Virus record (IMG/VR): IMGVR_UViG_3300010885_044417
From: an uncultured virus (IMG/VR IMGVR_UViG_3300010885_044417)
Taxonomy: Duplodnaviria; Heunggongvirae; Uroviricota; Caudoviricetes
Direction: 5' to 3' (one strand)
DNA length: 64,000 nt
The position numbers and the translations under genes were made by a program. How positions within the stretch are numbered: the first letter of the stretch is position 1; every line of letters begins with the position of its first letter. Positions 17,001 to 27,072 of this stretch are shown here, in pieces. Under the pieces are notes generated by a model. The model saw only the letters and a program-made list of their open reading frames with translations, was not told the DNA's origin and did no database searches.

Positions 17001-17568
17001 CGCGAGTTAGCATTGGCAAGCTCCTTCTGCAGGTGCCTGAATTCTGAGAACATGTGCTGGCCTTTGAACAAGCTGGCCTCGGCTACAGCCAGAGCCTGCG
17101 TCGCAAGGCGTTTGTAAAGGGTCATGCGCTTGTCACTTGCCGCCACTTGCGCAACCAGGTCAGCATTCTCTTTGCGGTAAGCCCCGATCGTGTTCTTGAG
17201 GTCCGTCTGCGTCCGGGTTCTTGGGCGCTTAGGAGCTGGCTTGCCAACTGCCGTGCCAGCAACCACAGGATCCACAGCATGGCGGCCGCACCAAAGGCTA
17301 TTCGGGCCTTTGCCCGAGCGATGGCCACATTGCCACCATATTTCCGGATTGATAGGGTCGAAAATGATCCTCGCGCACTGATGAGGCATGTAGGCGTGGC
17401 CGAAGATGTCAAACCGGTTTGTGCTATAGCGGAATTTGGCAAGCGCGGCTTTTGACTTGGGCTGCTTAGGCGGGAAAGCCGGTTCGGGCCCAAGCTTCGG
17501 CATCTTGATAGCGTAGGCCTGGCCTTCATCGTGGCGGAGAGTGCCTTTGTAGTTCTTAAGGTCGCTCA
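16997..17568 (-). CDS. Hypothetical protein
   Basis: Start placed at MSDLKNY; QC..QC..WCGRH motif and C-terminal coiled coil. Confidence 0.6.
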
Positions 17569-18084
17569 TTTGCTGGTCAGGTAAGAATAGTCTTGGATGA
17601 GGCGCTCGCAACGCTTGCCAAGAAACGGCACCCATTCAAGCTTTTCAAGCAGCTGGGCCATGCGGCAAAGAAGGCGCTCAAAGTCCTGGATTGTGTTGAC
17701 GAGCTTTAGGTTGTAGTCGATCGTGTCATTGAGGACGCGCTCCTTGGAAACCCATCGGCGGAGCAAAGCCTCGGCTTCGTCTATAGGATAGTTCTCCTCG
17801 ACCAAGTAGATGCAACGGTTCGCGAGATGGCGGTAAGAAACGCACTCGCGGTATTCGTCAAACACTCTGACAGGGACTGAGTTCTCGTTCGGGTAGCGGA
17901 ACTCGTGGAGGTGGTAAGTCTCGGCCTTCATTACGGCGTGCTCAGGCCGGACAGAGCTGTCCATTCGATAGTAACCGGCGTCGCGCGAGCTGGCCGAGAA
18001 GCGCATCATGCGAGGCATGGCCTTCGGGTCATGGTCAATCTCGCGGAGGTGCTGGGCTCCGCCAATGCAAAGGATGCGGCTCAT
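17566..18084 (-). CDS. Hypothetical protein
   Basis: 172 aa; LCIGGAQH N-terminus; coupled to neighbours. Confidence 0.65.
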   Translation of the reverse strand: MSRILCIGGAQHLREIDHDPKAMPRMMRFSASSRDAGYYRMDSSVRPEHAVMKAETYHLHEFRYPNENSVPVRVFDEYRECVSYRHLANRCIYLVEENYPIDEAEALLRRWVSKERVLNDTIDYNLKLVNTIQDFERLLCRMAQLLEKLEWVPFLGKRCERLIQDYSYLTSK

Positions 18085-18782
18085 TCTTCGTCCTCCTCAA
18101 AGGTTTCGGTGACCATGACTTTGACTTTGGGCTTGCCTGACATGCCAAGGTCTTTCTCAAGCTGGTCAAGCTGCGGGCAGGCAACGTCGCCTTCATTCTC
18201 ATGCTCGATAACCCGCTTGAACCCGTGGATGATTGCCATGGCCATGGTCAGGTGCTTGGCCGCTTTGACGTTGAGCTCTTGAAGCCTCTCGACTTCAGCC
18301 TCGGCTTTCTGCCGATCTTCGCGCTCCTGATCTAGCAAGTGGGTGAGTCCGTCAAGTCCTACTTGAAGCTTCCGGCGGGCCTCGCGCTCATGGCAAAGCT
18401 TAGTGCGCCCGTCGACCATGGACAGGTCGAAATGGCATGAGTGCTTGCCCACGCTGTTGGCAAATGAAGCCCCGCAGTGAGGGCAGAAGTCTGCCATGGC
18501 GTTTGCCGAGTCGGCCATGAACTTGGCTTTGGCTTCGGCCACTGCTGTTCTGTCCTGGCATTCTTGGGCAAAGCCACCAACCTCGCGGTAGAGCCTGGCC
18601 TTGAATTGCTGCGGGTTAAACCTGGGAGCTGAGCAGAACCGGACTGTGATGTCATTGGCTTTGGACTCGATCGCGGCTTTAACCAGGTTCTCGATGTAAA
18701 CCTGGAGCTTGACGCCTAAGGATTCCGGGATTTTTTCGCTGCCCTCAAAGAAAAGAGGGAATGTTTCAGTCTCTTGCTTCAT
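18081..18782 (-). CDS. Cys-rich/coiled-coil hypothetical protein
   Basis: CPHCG...C...TKLCHERE followed by a coiled coil. Confidence 0.65.
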   Translation of the reverse strand: MKQETETFPLFFEGSEKIPESLGVKLQVYIENLVKAAIESKANDITVRFCSAPRFNPQQFKARLYREVGGFAQECQDRTAVAEAKAKFMADSANAMADFCPHCGASFANSVGKHSCHFDLSMVDGRTKLCHEREARRKLQVGLDGLTHLLDQEREDRQKAEAEVERLQELNVKAAKHLTMAMAIIHGFKRVIEHENEGDVACPQLDQLEKDLGMSGKPKVKVMVTETFEEDEE

Positions 18783-19402
18783 AGTTTCTCAGAGGTTGAG
18801 TCTGTGCTCGTGGCGCAAGGCGCGCAGTAAGGAACGCCAGGCATAGACGGGTACGAAGGGACAGGATACGGCACAGGATAAGGCTGCGCAAGCTCGAGTT
18901 TGGTTACCCGGTGCTGGAGGTTCTGGATGCACAGGGCAATCTCAGGGTAGCCATTCAGAGGTACGGAAAGGATGTACCTAATCTCGTTGGCGAGTGCCTG
19001 TGTAGGGTTGGACTTAGAGTGTTCTTGGCTTTCGGCAAGCTGCTTGACCCGGCGCTTTAGCAAGCCTTCAAGCTCTTCGGCTTTGGCTAGCTTGGCTTCA
19101 AGCTCGCGGACACGATCTTCGGCTTGAGTTAGCTTAGCCGCGAGCTTGCAAACACGCTCTTCTGCTTCATCGGCGTCGCGGCAAGCATTAACCCAGCCTT
19201 CGAGAAGGTTAGGCACGCATTTGACCAGCCGTTCGCCAAGGCCAGCGCCAAGCTTGCTAGCGTGGGGACGGAGGCACTCGAGTTTGTCGGTATAGTACTT
19301 GATTTCAGACTTGTAGACCGCGTAGTCTCGTCGAAGCTTCTCATTAGCCTCGGCCAGGCAAGTAGGGCACTTGCAGCTGTGTGAATGGTAGTTGTCTTTC
19401 AT
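18779..19402 (-). CDS. Coiled-coil hypothetical protein
   Basis: 207 aa; N-terminal HSHSCKCPTC. Confidence 0.65.
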   Translation of the reverse strand: MKDNYHSHSCKCPTCLAEANEKLRRDYAVYKSEIKYYTDKLECLRPHASKLGAGLGERLVKCVPNLLEGWVNACRDADEAEERVCKLAAKLTQAEDRVRELEAKLAKAEELEGLLKRRVKQLAESQEHSKSNPTQALANEIRYILSVPLNGYPEIALCIQNLQHRVTKLELAQPYPVPYPVPSYPSMPGVPYCAPCATSTDSTSEKL

Positions 19403-19437
19403 TGGTGGGATGGGGTTTGTTGTCTCATGACGCAGCT

Positions 19438-19466
19438 ACGGTATGGCTGGCTGCCTCTTTTGTAAA
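19438..19466 (-). promoter_or_regulatory. Sigma70-like promoter
   Basis: TTTACA-17 nt (aaagaggcagccagcca)-TACCGT-9 nt-ATG of a 9-codon uORF. Confidence 0.55.
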
Positions 19467-19514
19467 CAAGAAATTGCAGGCGGCTAGGTTAAAGTTTTGG
19501 AATACTTTTAGGCC

Positions 19515-20249
19515 TTACAGCACTCTTGTCACACGGACGATGCCTGGCTCTAGCTCCATGGAAAATCTCTTCTTGGCCAGGTCAAAAGCCCAGTTAGACA
19601 ACAAAGATTGGATCTTGGCCTGGAGTTGCGAGGCCGAGTAACCCCGAGGCTTTGCCGCAAGGCCAACGCTATCGCCTAAGCTCATCGCTTGGACTTGCCG
19701 GAGATAGAATCCTCGGATGGTGCCGGTTTTTACGTTGAGCCAAGGAACAGCTTTAATCTCGCCGCGGATGGCGAGTTCGACTTCTTTGTAGAATTGCTCG
19801 AGGCCAGGCCAAGACTTCACTTCACGGAATACGAGGTCTTGCAAATGCGCCGGCGTGTTTTCGAGAACGCCGTTGAACTGGCTCCAAGTTTCAAGGCCGG
19901 CCGCCAGGAGGAAGTAGCTCAGCGCCAATTGCCCAGCCAAGTCATTGCCGTCTTTCGGCCGGGGCTGAGCGCAGAGGATCTCGGTTTTAGGGTCTTGTTT
20001 CCAGGCTCGGCCGAACATCTTGACGACTGTGGCCATCCAGCTATGGGGATGCTGGACTTTAAAGTCGAACGCCCAGTCATGGACTGAACGCTGCGTGATC
20101 GGCCAGTCTTTCTTGGCCGAAAGCAAGAGAAGCGTGGCGTAGGCTAAAGGCCGGCTTGGAGCGGCAGAACCCCAGGCATAGCTTTTGAGGTTCTTCAGCC
20201 AGTAGTTGAACGGATAGGTGATGGTGAAGTGATCACTGGGCTTTTTCAT
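19515..20249 (-). CDS. Hypothetical protein, possible C-terminal DNA-binding domain
   Basis: 244 aa; first gene left of the divergent junction; C-terminal MSLGDSV...KRFS...GIVRVTRV. Confidence 0.65.
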   Translation of the reverse strand: MKKPSDHFTITYPFNYWLKNLKSYAWGSAAPSRPLAYATLLLLSAKKDWPITQRSVHDWAFDFKVQHPHSWMATVVKMFGRAWKQDPKTEILCAQPRPKDGNDLAGQLALSYFLLAAGLETWSQFNGVLENTPAHLQDLVFREVKSWPGLEQFYKEVELAIRGEIKAVPWLNVKTGTIRGFYLRQVQAMSLGDSVGLAAKPRGYSASQLQAKIQSLLSNWAFDLAKKRFSMELEPGIVRVTRVL

Positions 20250-20337
20250 AGGCCGAGCAACTTCTACTAAGCAAAGCGCCGCGTAAACCTCATTCTGCTC
20301 CGAGTGGCACTTTTTTACTAGTGTGCAGATTTTCTAC

Positions 20338-20561
20338 CTGCACTAGACTAAGTGTTGACACCCCCTAGACTTAAGTGCGTTAGTGCAGGATTTCTAGACG
20401 TTTTCGGAAAAGCTCCCCAACGGCCATATCGCATATTTTTGGATTCCTTTGCTGGCATTGGGAAAAATTAAAAAGCCCACGTGGGAGCTTTTCCTTTTTT
20501 TCTTGATATGCTGCACTAAATAGCTTAAAATGTTAGAAATAAAGAACTTAATCTAGTGCAG
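20338..20561. repeat. Symmetric inverted-repeat array (candidate origin or packaging site)
   Basis: CTGCACTA-N35-TAGTGCAG occurs twice (20338-20388, 20511-20561), flanking a 12-bp IR GGAAAAGCTCCC / GGGAGCTTTTCC (20406-20417, 20483-20494). Confidence 0.75.
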
Positions 20562-20665
20562 GATGGGAATTTACACAGTAGTCGATGAAACGCGGCTTTT
20601 GGCCTGTTTTGCTTGGAGCAGAATAGGATTCCTTGGCTGCCGAAACTGGTTGAGGATCTTCGGCC

Positions 20666-21127
20666 ATGATCATCGGAATCGACCCAGGAAAGAGCGGCGG
20701 CCTTGTGCTGCTGCAGCCCACCGTTGCCGGCTTGGAGCCGGTTGAAATCAAGAAGATGCCTGAAGGCGAAGACGCTTTGACCGGCCTGCTCCGAGAATGG
20801 TGTGGCGTTGCCACGCATGCCTACATCGAAGCAATCCCTAAGTTTGCAGGCGAAAACCGGTCCGCCGCGTTCATGGCCGTTCTCTACGGCAACTACAAGT
20901 TCGTATGCGGCGCAATCCGCATGCACGGGAAGCCTGAACTTGAAGAAATGCCCCTCTTGAAGTGGATGAACCACACCATCCCAATGCGTACTCGGAGCCG
21001 GGACCGTACTGAGAGAAAGAAGCAATTGCTCCAAGCCGCCCAGAATGCCTGGCCGAAACATACGTGGAACTTGGCAACCTGTGACGCAGCCCTCATCGCA
21101 AAAGCAGGGCACGAGCTACGCAGTTGA
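20666..21127 (+). CDS. RuvC-like Holliday junction resolvase
   Basis: IIGIDPGKSGG, AYIE, CDAALIA. Confidence 0.85.
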   Translation: MIIGIDPGKSGGLVLLQPTVAGLEPVEIKKMPEGEDALTGLLREWCGVATHAYIEAIPKFAGENRSAAFMAVLYGNYKFVCGAIRMHGKPELEEMPLLKWMNHTIPMRTRSRDRTERKKQLLQAAQNAWPKHTWNLATCDAALIAKAGHELRS

Positions 21128-21133
21128 TGCTTG

Positions 21134-21162
21134 TTTACGGCTCTTGGAGTTTGCGCTACGTT
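21134..21162 (+). promoter_or_regulatory. Leaderless sigma70-like promoter for the packaging operon
   Basis: TTTACG-17 nt-TACGTT-7 nt-ATG(21170). Confidence 0.55.
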
Positions 21163-21169
21163 CGCCGGC

Positions 21170-21667
21170 ATGGCTACTCGCGCCGCACTACAACTCATGC
21201 CGCAAGAGAGGCAGTTTCTGGAATTACATATCATTGACGGGCTGCCGATCTACCGCGCTCACCAGAAAGCGTTCAAGCGTTTCTATGCTCAACGCCGAGG
21301 CAAGCAGCCGGTTCCTACTACTTCAGCCAGGCTGGGCCGTGCCATCCTCGACCGCGAGGAGAGCCAAGCCTACATTGAAGAGCTAAAGGCCAAACTTGCT
21401 GAAAGGGCGGAGCAGCAGAAGTTCCTGTCTTTTGATGAGAAACGAGCCTTTCTCGCCAAGATCGTGCGAACTCCAATTGCCGAGGTTGACGCGGACCATC
21501 CGATTGCGCAAGAGCTGACCGTCAGGGCTGATGGATCCCAGACAGTGAAGATTCCGTCGAAGCTGCAGGCTCTCGAGCTAGACGCTCGAATCATGGGCGA
21601 GTTCAAGGACAGCATGCGCCTCGAGGTCAGCGAAAAGGTTCTTGAGTTTGCCAAAAATCTGGTCTGA
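21170..21667 (+). CDS. terS: Terminase small subunit
   Basis: Helical N-terminus, then EKRAFLAKIVR...VKIPSKLQALELDARIMGE; immediately upstream of TerL. Confidence 0.7.
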   Translation: MATRAALQLMPQERQFLELHIIDGLPIYRAHQKAFKRFYAQRRGKQPVPTTSARLGRAILDREESQAYIEELKAKLAERAEQQKFLSFDEKRAFLAKIVRTPIAEVDADHPIAQELTVRADGSQTVKIPSKLQALELDARIMGEFKDSMRLEVSEKVLEFAKNLV

Positions 21668-23595
21668 TGATTCGCAAAGGCACGAGGCTAGAATACAATA
21701 GGACTGGCGTGCGAAAGCGGCCAGCGGATGCTGAAGCCCAAGTGATGCTAAGCGAAACCGAGTATCTCGACCACGCGTACGCAATCCGAGAAGCGCATGC
21801 CAATACCGGCGATCTTTTTGCCTCAGCCGAGTATCTCCTAAAGAACTGTGTCAAAAACCCGCCAACCGGCCAAATTACGCTGACAACAACTGACTGCGAG
21901 TTCTTAGTGTGGAAGTACATTCAGCGCTTACTCGATCTCGACCAGTACAAAGCTGCAGCGATCATGTGTTGGGGACCGGATCTCTTCACTCCTGAGCCTC
22001 ATTGCACCCGCCTCGTTTGGGATGGCCTAAAAGCCGAATCCAAAAACCTAATCATGGGCGGTGGATCGTTGTCAAAGTCGTACTCGGGCGCAGTCTATTT
22101 TGGTCTTGACTTTCTTCGTGATCCCGAGTGGACCTGCATCAAAGTCCTATCCGTCACTAGGCAGCATGCCGTGACAAACGTCTTCGCGCACTTAAAGAAC
22201 TTGCTTGCAAACGTCATCGTTCCGGTCCCTGGCTTAATCATCAAGAGCGACTCCGTGCGAGTTAATAACGATGACAAGCAAGGGATTCACCTAGCCTCGA
22301 TTCCCCAAGGTGATGACGGTAAAGGCCGCTTGCGTGGATTCCATCCAGTTCCACGGCCTTCGCCACATCCTCGATTCGGCAGGCTAAGCCGCGTTGCGCT
22401 GCTGCTCGACGAAGCTGAAGAAATCCCTGGCGGCGTGTGGGAAGATGTCAACAACGTCCTTCTCACCGAAGAGGCTGACGATAGCCACGTCAAAGTGTTT
22501 GCTGCCACAAACCCAAAAGACAGGACCAGCAAATTCGGCGCCCTCGCAGAACCAACAACTGGTTGGGCAAGCGTGGACATTGACCTGCATGAAACCTGGA
22601 AAAGCGTACTCGGATGGAATGTCATCCGTCTCGACGGCGCTAAATGCGAGAACGTCAAAGAGAAGAAGGTCATCTTTCCTGGTCTCCAAACGTGGGAAGG
22701 TTTTGAGCGCCTGCTCAAGATGGGAACAGACAACCCTGAGTACTACACAATGGCTCGAGGCTGGTTCCCTGAGTCATCCGCGCAAGTCGTCATTGTCAAC
22801 GAGGCGATGTTCAACCAGTCAAAAGGTCTTTACACGTTCTCAGGCCCAACGGTCACGGCAGGAGGCGTCGACCTCGCTTTTGAAGGCAACGACTTGGTCT
22901 TCTACACCGTGCTGCGTTTCGGCTTGTCGATCGGATGGACTGATATTCACGGCACGTTCCACCGATTCGAGAACGAGAAGCGCGTCATCCAGGTTGAGCA
23001 GCAAATCCCGCTCGAAAAGAAAGACACGCTAGCTCAAGCCCAAGCAATCGTCCGTCTCAGCCAGGACATGGGCATTCGTCCTCGTTGGTTGACGGTTGAC
23101 CGGACGGGTTCTGGAACCGGCGTCCACGACGCGCTCAAGTCCGTATTCGGCCCCGACGTGTTTGGCGTCATGTTTAGCTGGGCTGCTAGCGACACAAGGA
23201 TCCTCGAAGATGACACCGAGTCTTGCAGCGAACGCTACTACGACGTCATCACCGAGATGGCGTTCTCGATTCGCAAGTTCGTCGAAACCGACCTACTCAA
23301 GCTGAATCCCGGCATCAATTGGAATGCCCTTGAGAAAGAAACGGTCACACGCCGATACGCGCAGCAAGGCCGTGGAATCCTCCGCTTAGAGAGCAAGCGT
23401 GACTTCAAAAAGCGACACTCGAGCGTTAGTCCAGATCGGTTTGACTCCCTAATGGTTGCGGTACATGGCGTCCGCATGAACGAGGGAATCTCTGGCCGAA
23501 TGGTCGATAAGCCTGTCCAGAACGACTACGCGGGTGGAAGAATGTCTCACGGTATTGTCGACACCTTGGAGTTCATCGACATGTCCAACGACTAA
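21667..23595 (+). CDS. terL: Terminase large subunit
   Basis: GGGSLSKS (Walker A-like), LLLDEAEE, ATNP; nuclease domain GVDLA, VDRTGSGTGV, SPDRFDS. Confidence 0.9.
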   Translation: MIRKGTRLEYNRTGVRKRPADAEAQVMLSETEYLDHAYAIREAHANTGDLFASAEYLLKNCVKNPPTGQITLTTTDCEFLVWKYIQRLLDLDQYKAAAIMCWGPDLFTPEPHCTRLVWDGLKAESKNLIMGGGSLSKSYSGAVYFGLDFLRDPEWTCIKVLSVTRQHAVTNVFAHLKNLLANVIVPVPGLIIKSDSVRVNNDDKQGIHLASIPQGDDGKGRLRGFHPVPRPSPHPRFGRLSRVALLLDEAEEIPGGVWEDVNNVLLTEEADDSHVKVFAATNPKDRTSKFGALAEPTTGWASVDIDLHETWKSVLGWNVIRLDGAKCENVKEKKVIFPGLQTWEGFERLLKMGTDNPEYYTMARGWFPESSAQVVIVNEAMFNQSKGLYTFSGPTVTAGGVDLAFEGNDLVFYTVLRFGLSIGWTDIHGTFHRFENEKRVIQVEQQIPLEKKDTLAQAQAIVRLSQDMGIRPRWLTVDRTGSGTGVHDALKSVFGPDVFGVMFSWAASDTRILEDDTESCSERYYDVITEMAFSIRKFVETDLLKLNPGINWNALEKETVTRRYAQQGRGILRLESKRDFKKRHSSVSPDRFDSLMVAVHGVRMNEGISGRMVDKPVQNDYAGGRMSHGIVDTLEFIDMSND

Positions 23596-23624
23596 AACCC
23601 GTGAAACTGTAAGCCTCGACGCCA

Positions 23625-24230
23625 ATGGAAAGAGAAGTTATCCAATCACTCGTAATGCCAGGAGGCTGGCATAAGCCAGAAAAAGACCGACTCGGACGTG
23701 ACATGCCCGAGCCGATTCGCGCTGACACGTACAAAGAGCTGATTGAGGCCGTGATTAAGTTCCGCGCTGACAACACAATCCCCATTGGCGATGTTCGCGC
23801 CGAAGTCAATGAGTACATCTGCACAAGCTGGCCGCACATGTGCCATGGAGTTCCTGGCGCTGAAGTGACGGTCACCGTCAGTCACGGTTCTTCTGTGCAA
23901 TCTCTCACGGATCGCATGATCCAATGGCTAGATCGCCAAGTCGAAAACCATTCTCCTGAAACCCTAGAGCTTAACGAGGAAGCCCAACGGCGGGCTGACA
24001 TTTGCCGGATGTGCGCTTACAACGTGCATTGGAATAGTGGCTGCGGGTCGTGCTCTGACGCGGTAAATCGAATGTCGACAATTCTCCGAGTAGGCAAAGC
24101 TTTGCCCCATTCCGAAAGACTCCGAGCTTGCCAAATCCTTGGCCAAGAGAATCGGGCTGCAGTTTGGCTACGCCGAGAGAAACTCGGAAACAGCCCTGAA
24201 CTTCCGGATCACTGCTGGGTCAAGCGATGA
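23625..24230 (+). CDS. Cys-rich hypothetical protein
   Basis: CRMC, GCGSC, AC, HCW. Confidence 0.75.
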   Translation: MEREVIQSLVMPGGWHKPEKDRLGRDMPEPIRADTYKELIEAVIKFRADNTIPIGDVRAEVNEYICTSWPHMCHGVPGAEVTVTVSHGSSVQSLTDRMIQWLDRQVENHSPETLELNEEAQRRADICRMCAYNVHWNSGCGSCSDAVNRMSTILRVGKALPHSERLRACQILGQENRAAVWLRREKLGNSPELPDHCWVKR

Positions 24231-24460
24231 AGTTCACCTACCACAGTCCAATTACGTTTCTCAAAGCCATGCGCCGATACGCAGAGCACTTACTCGGAGG
24301 AGGAAACGGCATCGTTGATACTGCCACGAAGCAGAAAAGAATGTCCCTTTGCGAGGGCTGCGAGTATCGACAGGGTGTGCAATGCTCCCAATGCGACTAC
24401 TGCTTGATCCGCGCCAAGACGCTATTGCCATCTGAATTTTGCCCAAAAGGCAAATGGTAA
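24227..24460 (+). CDS. Small Cys-rich protein (DUF6171-like)
   Basis: R..LCEGC...CSQCDYC..AKT...CPKGKW. Confidence 0.7.
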   Translation: MKFTYHSPITFLKAMRRYAEHLLGGGNGIVDTATKQKRMSLCEGCEYRQGVQCSQCDYCLIRAKTLLPSEFCPKGKW

Positions 24461-24475
24461 ACTTTTCTCAATCCT

Positions 24476-26791
24476 ATGAATGACGCTTCCACAAATGACA
24501 TCGTCGACCCGCAGTCTGGCGAAGTCATTCCAGCAGTCTTAAGTTTTGAGCAAGCTTTTCAGACCTACAAAAACTTTGTCAAGGACAACCGCGATCGAAC
24601 GCAAAAGAATGCCGCGATTGCAAGGAAGCTCAACAACGAGCAGCCTTGGAATCCCCAAAAGCTGAAAGCTGCTGGGCAATCTTGGAGAAGCAATCGCCCG
24701 ACTGGCTTCATGTCGAGTCTCATCAAACGGCTCACTCCTCCTTACAAGCAGATGGTCGACCAGCTTCCGCTGCTTTCCTATTCTCGTTTTCCGAATGAAG
24801 CAATCGGCTCTGACGTCGAGCGCGATGTCTTCCGGGCTTCTATTACGGATTGCATTCGGCAATGGCCAGGATGGGCAGACTTTGTCACTCAGCTGATTGA
24901 TGAAGACATTGGCTATGGCTATGCGGCCGTCGGTAGAGAAGACGAGTTTAGCTGGAAGCCTAAGATGTACCGCTCTGACGAGGCTATGTTCTACGTTGGA
25001 TGCCCGCAGCAGGCTAGCAAAGTCAAAATCTGGGGACTGAAAGAAGACTTCTTTGTCGACGACATCGTTTCATTGCTAAAGAACCCTGAAGCCAGTCAAG
25101 ATGCCGGCTGGCGTATCGAAAATCTGATCAAGAAGCTAAACACTTCTGGCAAGCAATTCGATGATCGCTCAGCCGAAAACAATACTCGAGTCTACGAGGA
25201 TCTAATCCGCGAAAACAATCTTGCGGCAAGCTTTAGCTCGGCTATTCGCGTAATTAAAGCTGGCCACGTATTCGCTTTGAATCCTGCAGGCGGAATTGAC
25301 CACTACATCTTTGATCGCGATGATGGTACCGCACTCTTCTTCCGCGCTGGCCGCTACGCTAAGATGGAGCATTGCCTTACGCTGTTCTCGGCTGAAGTCG
25401 GCGATCGCACTCTCCATGGAAGCCGTGGCGCAGGCCGAGCCCTTTACAATACGCACGTCTCGGTTGAACAAGCCCGCAATCTTGTGCAAGACGCGCTGCA
25501 TCTTTCTGGCCTGCTTCTCCTAAAGCGGACGCATAAGACGGGTTCAGGTTCGCTAGAAACTCCAGGTCTAACGGTCAGTCACCCATTTGCAATTGTCGGC
25601 GAAGGATTTGAAGTGCTAGACCGCGTTAAGTTTGAAGTCAACTCCGAAGCTTTCTTTGCTCTTGATCGCCACGCAACCAGCCAGGCTGAAATCCAGATTG
25701 GCGCTTTCATGCCTGGCCAAATCATCAACGAGAAAGGTGAACGCCGCACGGCTAGCGAAGTCAACTACGTCGCTTCAATCGATGCGCAGATTCGCGCAGG
25801 CGTTCTAGCTCGTTTTGCTGACCAAATGTTTTCACTGATTGACCAGCTTCAGCGCCGAATCTGTAGCCCTGAAATCGTGGCTTTTGCTGAACAAACAGCC
25901 ATCGAGTCTCGAGTTTCTGGATCTTTGCCGATTTACGAAGACGATGTCTGGGAAGCCCTAGTCAATGCCAGCCAAGAAACCGGATTCATGCGAGTCCAAG
26001 TGCCTAAGTATCTCGAAGTCGATGCCGTTCAGTGCGTAGTCGAGATGATGCTCAAAGGCGTTACGGCTCAGCAAATCTTGGTTCTTGCTAATACCAACAG
26101 CCGAGCCAACGTCGACGACGCAATCGCTTCTCAGTCTGGCGTGCTCGACATGATCGTTGCTCGATACGGACAAGACCCGATCGTAGACACCACGGAGCTT
26201 AAGCGCCGCGACATTGCCGCAAAGCTTGGCGGCCAAGCAGCGGAGCGTTTGCTCAACGTGGATCTCAATCCGCTTTCGCAGCTTAAGCAGCAGCGCCAGC
26301 AGATTATTGAACTTTCGACTATGCTCGCCTCTAATGATGTGCCCGTGGATCCGACAGATGACGACCGCGTCCACTTGTCAGTTATCATTGACCGCATCCG
26401 CCCGATGCTTTCCGACCCAACGATCAGTCCGCTGACCTCAAGTCAACAGTTCCTAGTCCGCGTGCTCAACCATGCCGGATCTCACTTGCAAGCGGCTCTC
26501 AATAAAGGCATATCGCCAGCGGAACTTAGCGAAGCTAAGAAAATCCTTGGAATCCTGCAAAAGTTTGTGCAGATTCCACCTATCGATCAGCAAGCTAGCC
26601 AAGCTCTGCAGCCAGTAACTCAGGGCGGAGCACTTCCCGCTACAGAAGTTGGCAAAGATGCTCTGCAAACTCCGCAAACTCCGTTAACAGACCCGCAAAA
26701 CATTGTGGCAAACGTCGCGAACCCAGCGCGGCCCACGCCACCTAAAGGAACAAATCAACCAGGACCTGGGTCACAAATCCCAGCGTCATGA
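24476..26791 (+). CDS. Portal protein
   Basis: 771 aa after TerL; RTASEV motif typical of podovirus-type portals; Pro/Gln-rich tail. Confidence 0.8.
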   Translation: MNDASTNDIVDPQSGEVIPAVLSFEQAFQTYKNFVKDNRDRTQKNAAIARKLNNEQPWNPQKLKAAGQSWRSNRPTGFMSSLIKRLTPPYKQMVDQLPLLSYSRFPNEAIGSDVERDVFRASITDCIRQWPGWADFVTQLIDEDIGYGYAAVGREDEFSWKPKMYRSDEAMFYVGCPQQASKVKIWGLKEDFFVDDIVSLLKNPEASQDAGWRIENLIKKLNTSGKQFDDRSAENNTRVYEDLIRENNLAASFSSAIRVIKAGHVFALNPAGGIDHYIFDRDDGTALFFRAGRYAKMEHCLTLFSAEVGDRTLHGSRGAGRALYNTHVSVEQARNLVQDALHLSGLLLLKRTHKTGSGSLETPGLTVSHPFAIVGEGFEVLDRVKFEVNSEAFFALDRHATSQAEIQIGAFMPGQIINEKGERRTASEVNYVASIDAQIRAGVLARFADQMFSLIDQLQRRICSPEIVAFAEQTAIESRVSGSLPIYEDDVWEALVNASQETGFMRVQVPKYLEVDAVQCVVEMMLKGVTAQQILVLANTNSRANVDDAIASQSGVLDMIVARYGQDPIVDTTELKRRDIAAKLGGQAAERLLNVDLNPLSQLKQQRQQIIELSTMLASNDVPVDPTDDDRVHLSVIIDRIRPMLSDPTISPLTSSQQFLVRVLNHAGSHLQAALNKGISPAELSEAKKILGILQKFVQIPPIDQQASQALQPVTQGGALPATEVGKDALQTPQTPLTDPQNIVANVANPARPTPPKGTNQPGPGSQIPAS

Positions 26792-27051
26792 GCCAAAATT
26801 GGACTATTGAAGACGGCGTGGCTCTTCGCGACTTCTTAGCTCGCGTGCCCGCAGTAAAGCTTAAGTCAGTGCTAAGTCCTCTGTGCCCGGCAGTTTTGGA
26901 CGCTGAGACGCTGCTTGCGCATGACGCCCAAGCAGTCTCTCGAGTTGCCGCCATGAAAGCCGGCTGGGACGCTTGCGTCGACGCCTTTATCGAGCTCGGT
27001 GCGCAAAAGCGCCCGGCTTCTCCCGATGCAAATTACCGCGATATGCAGTAA
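26788..27051 (+). CDS. Small head-assembly protein (putative)
   Basis: Located between portal and scaffold. Confidence 0.6.
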   Translation: MSQNWTIEDGVALRDFLARVPAVKLKSVLSPLCPAVLDAETLLAHDAQAVSRVAAMKAGWDACVDAFIELGAQKRPASPDANYRDMQ

Positions 27052-27072
27052 GCCCAACAACCCCACCCAATT

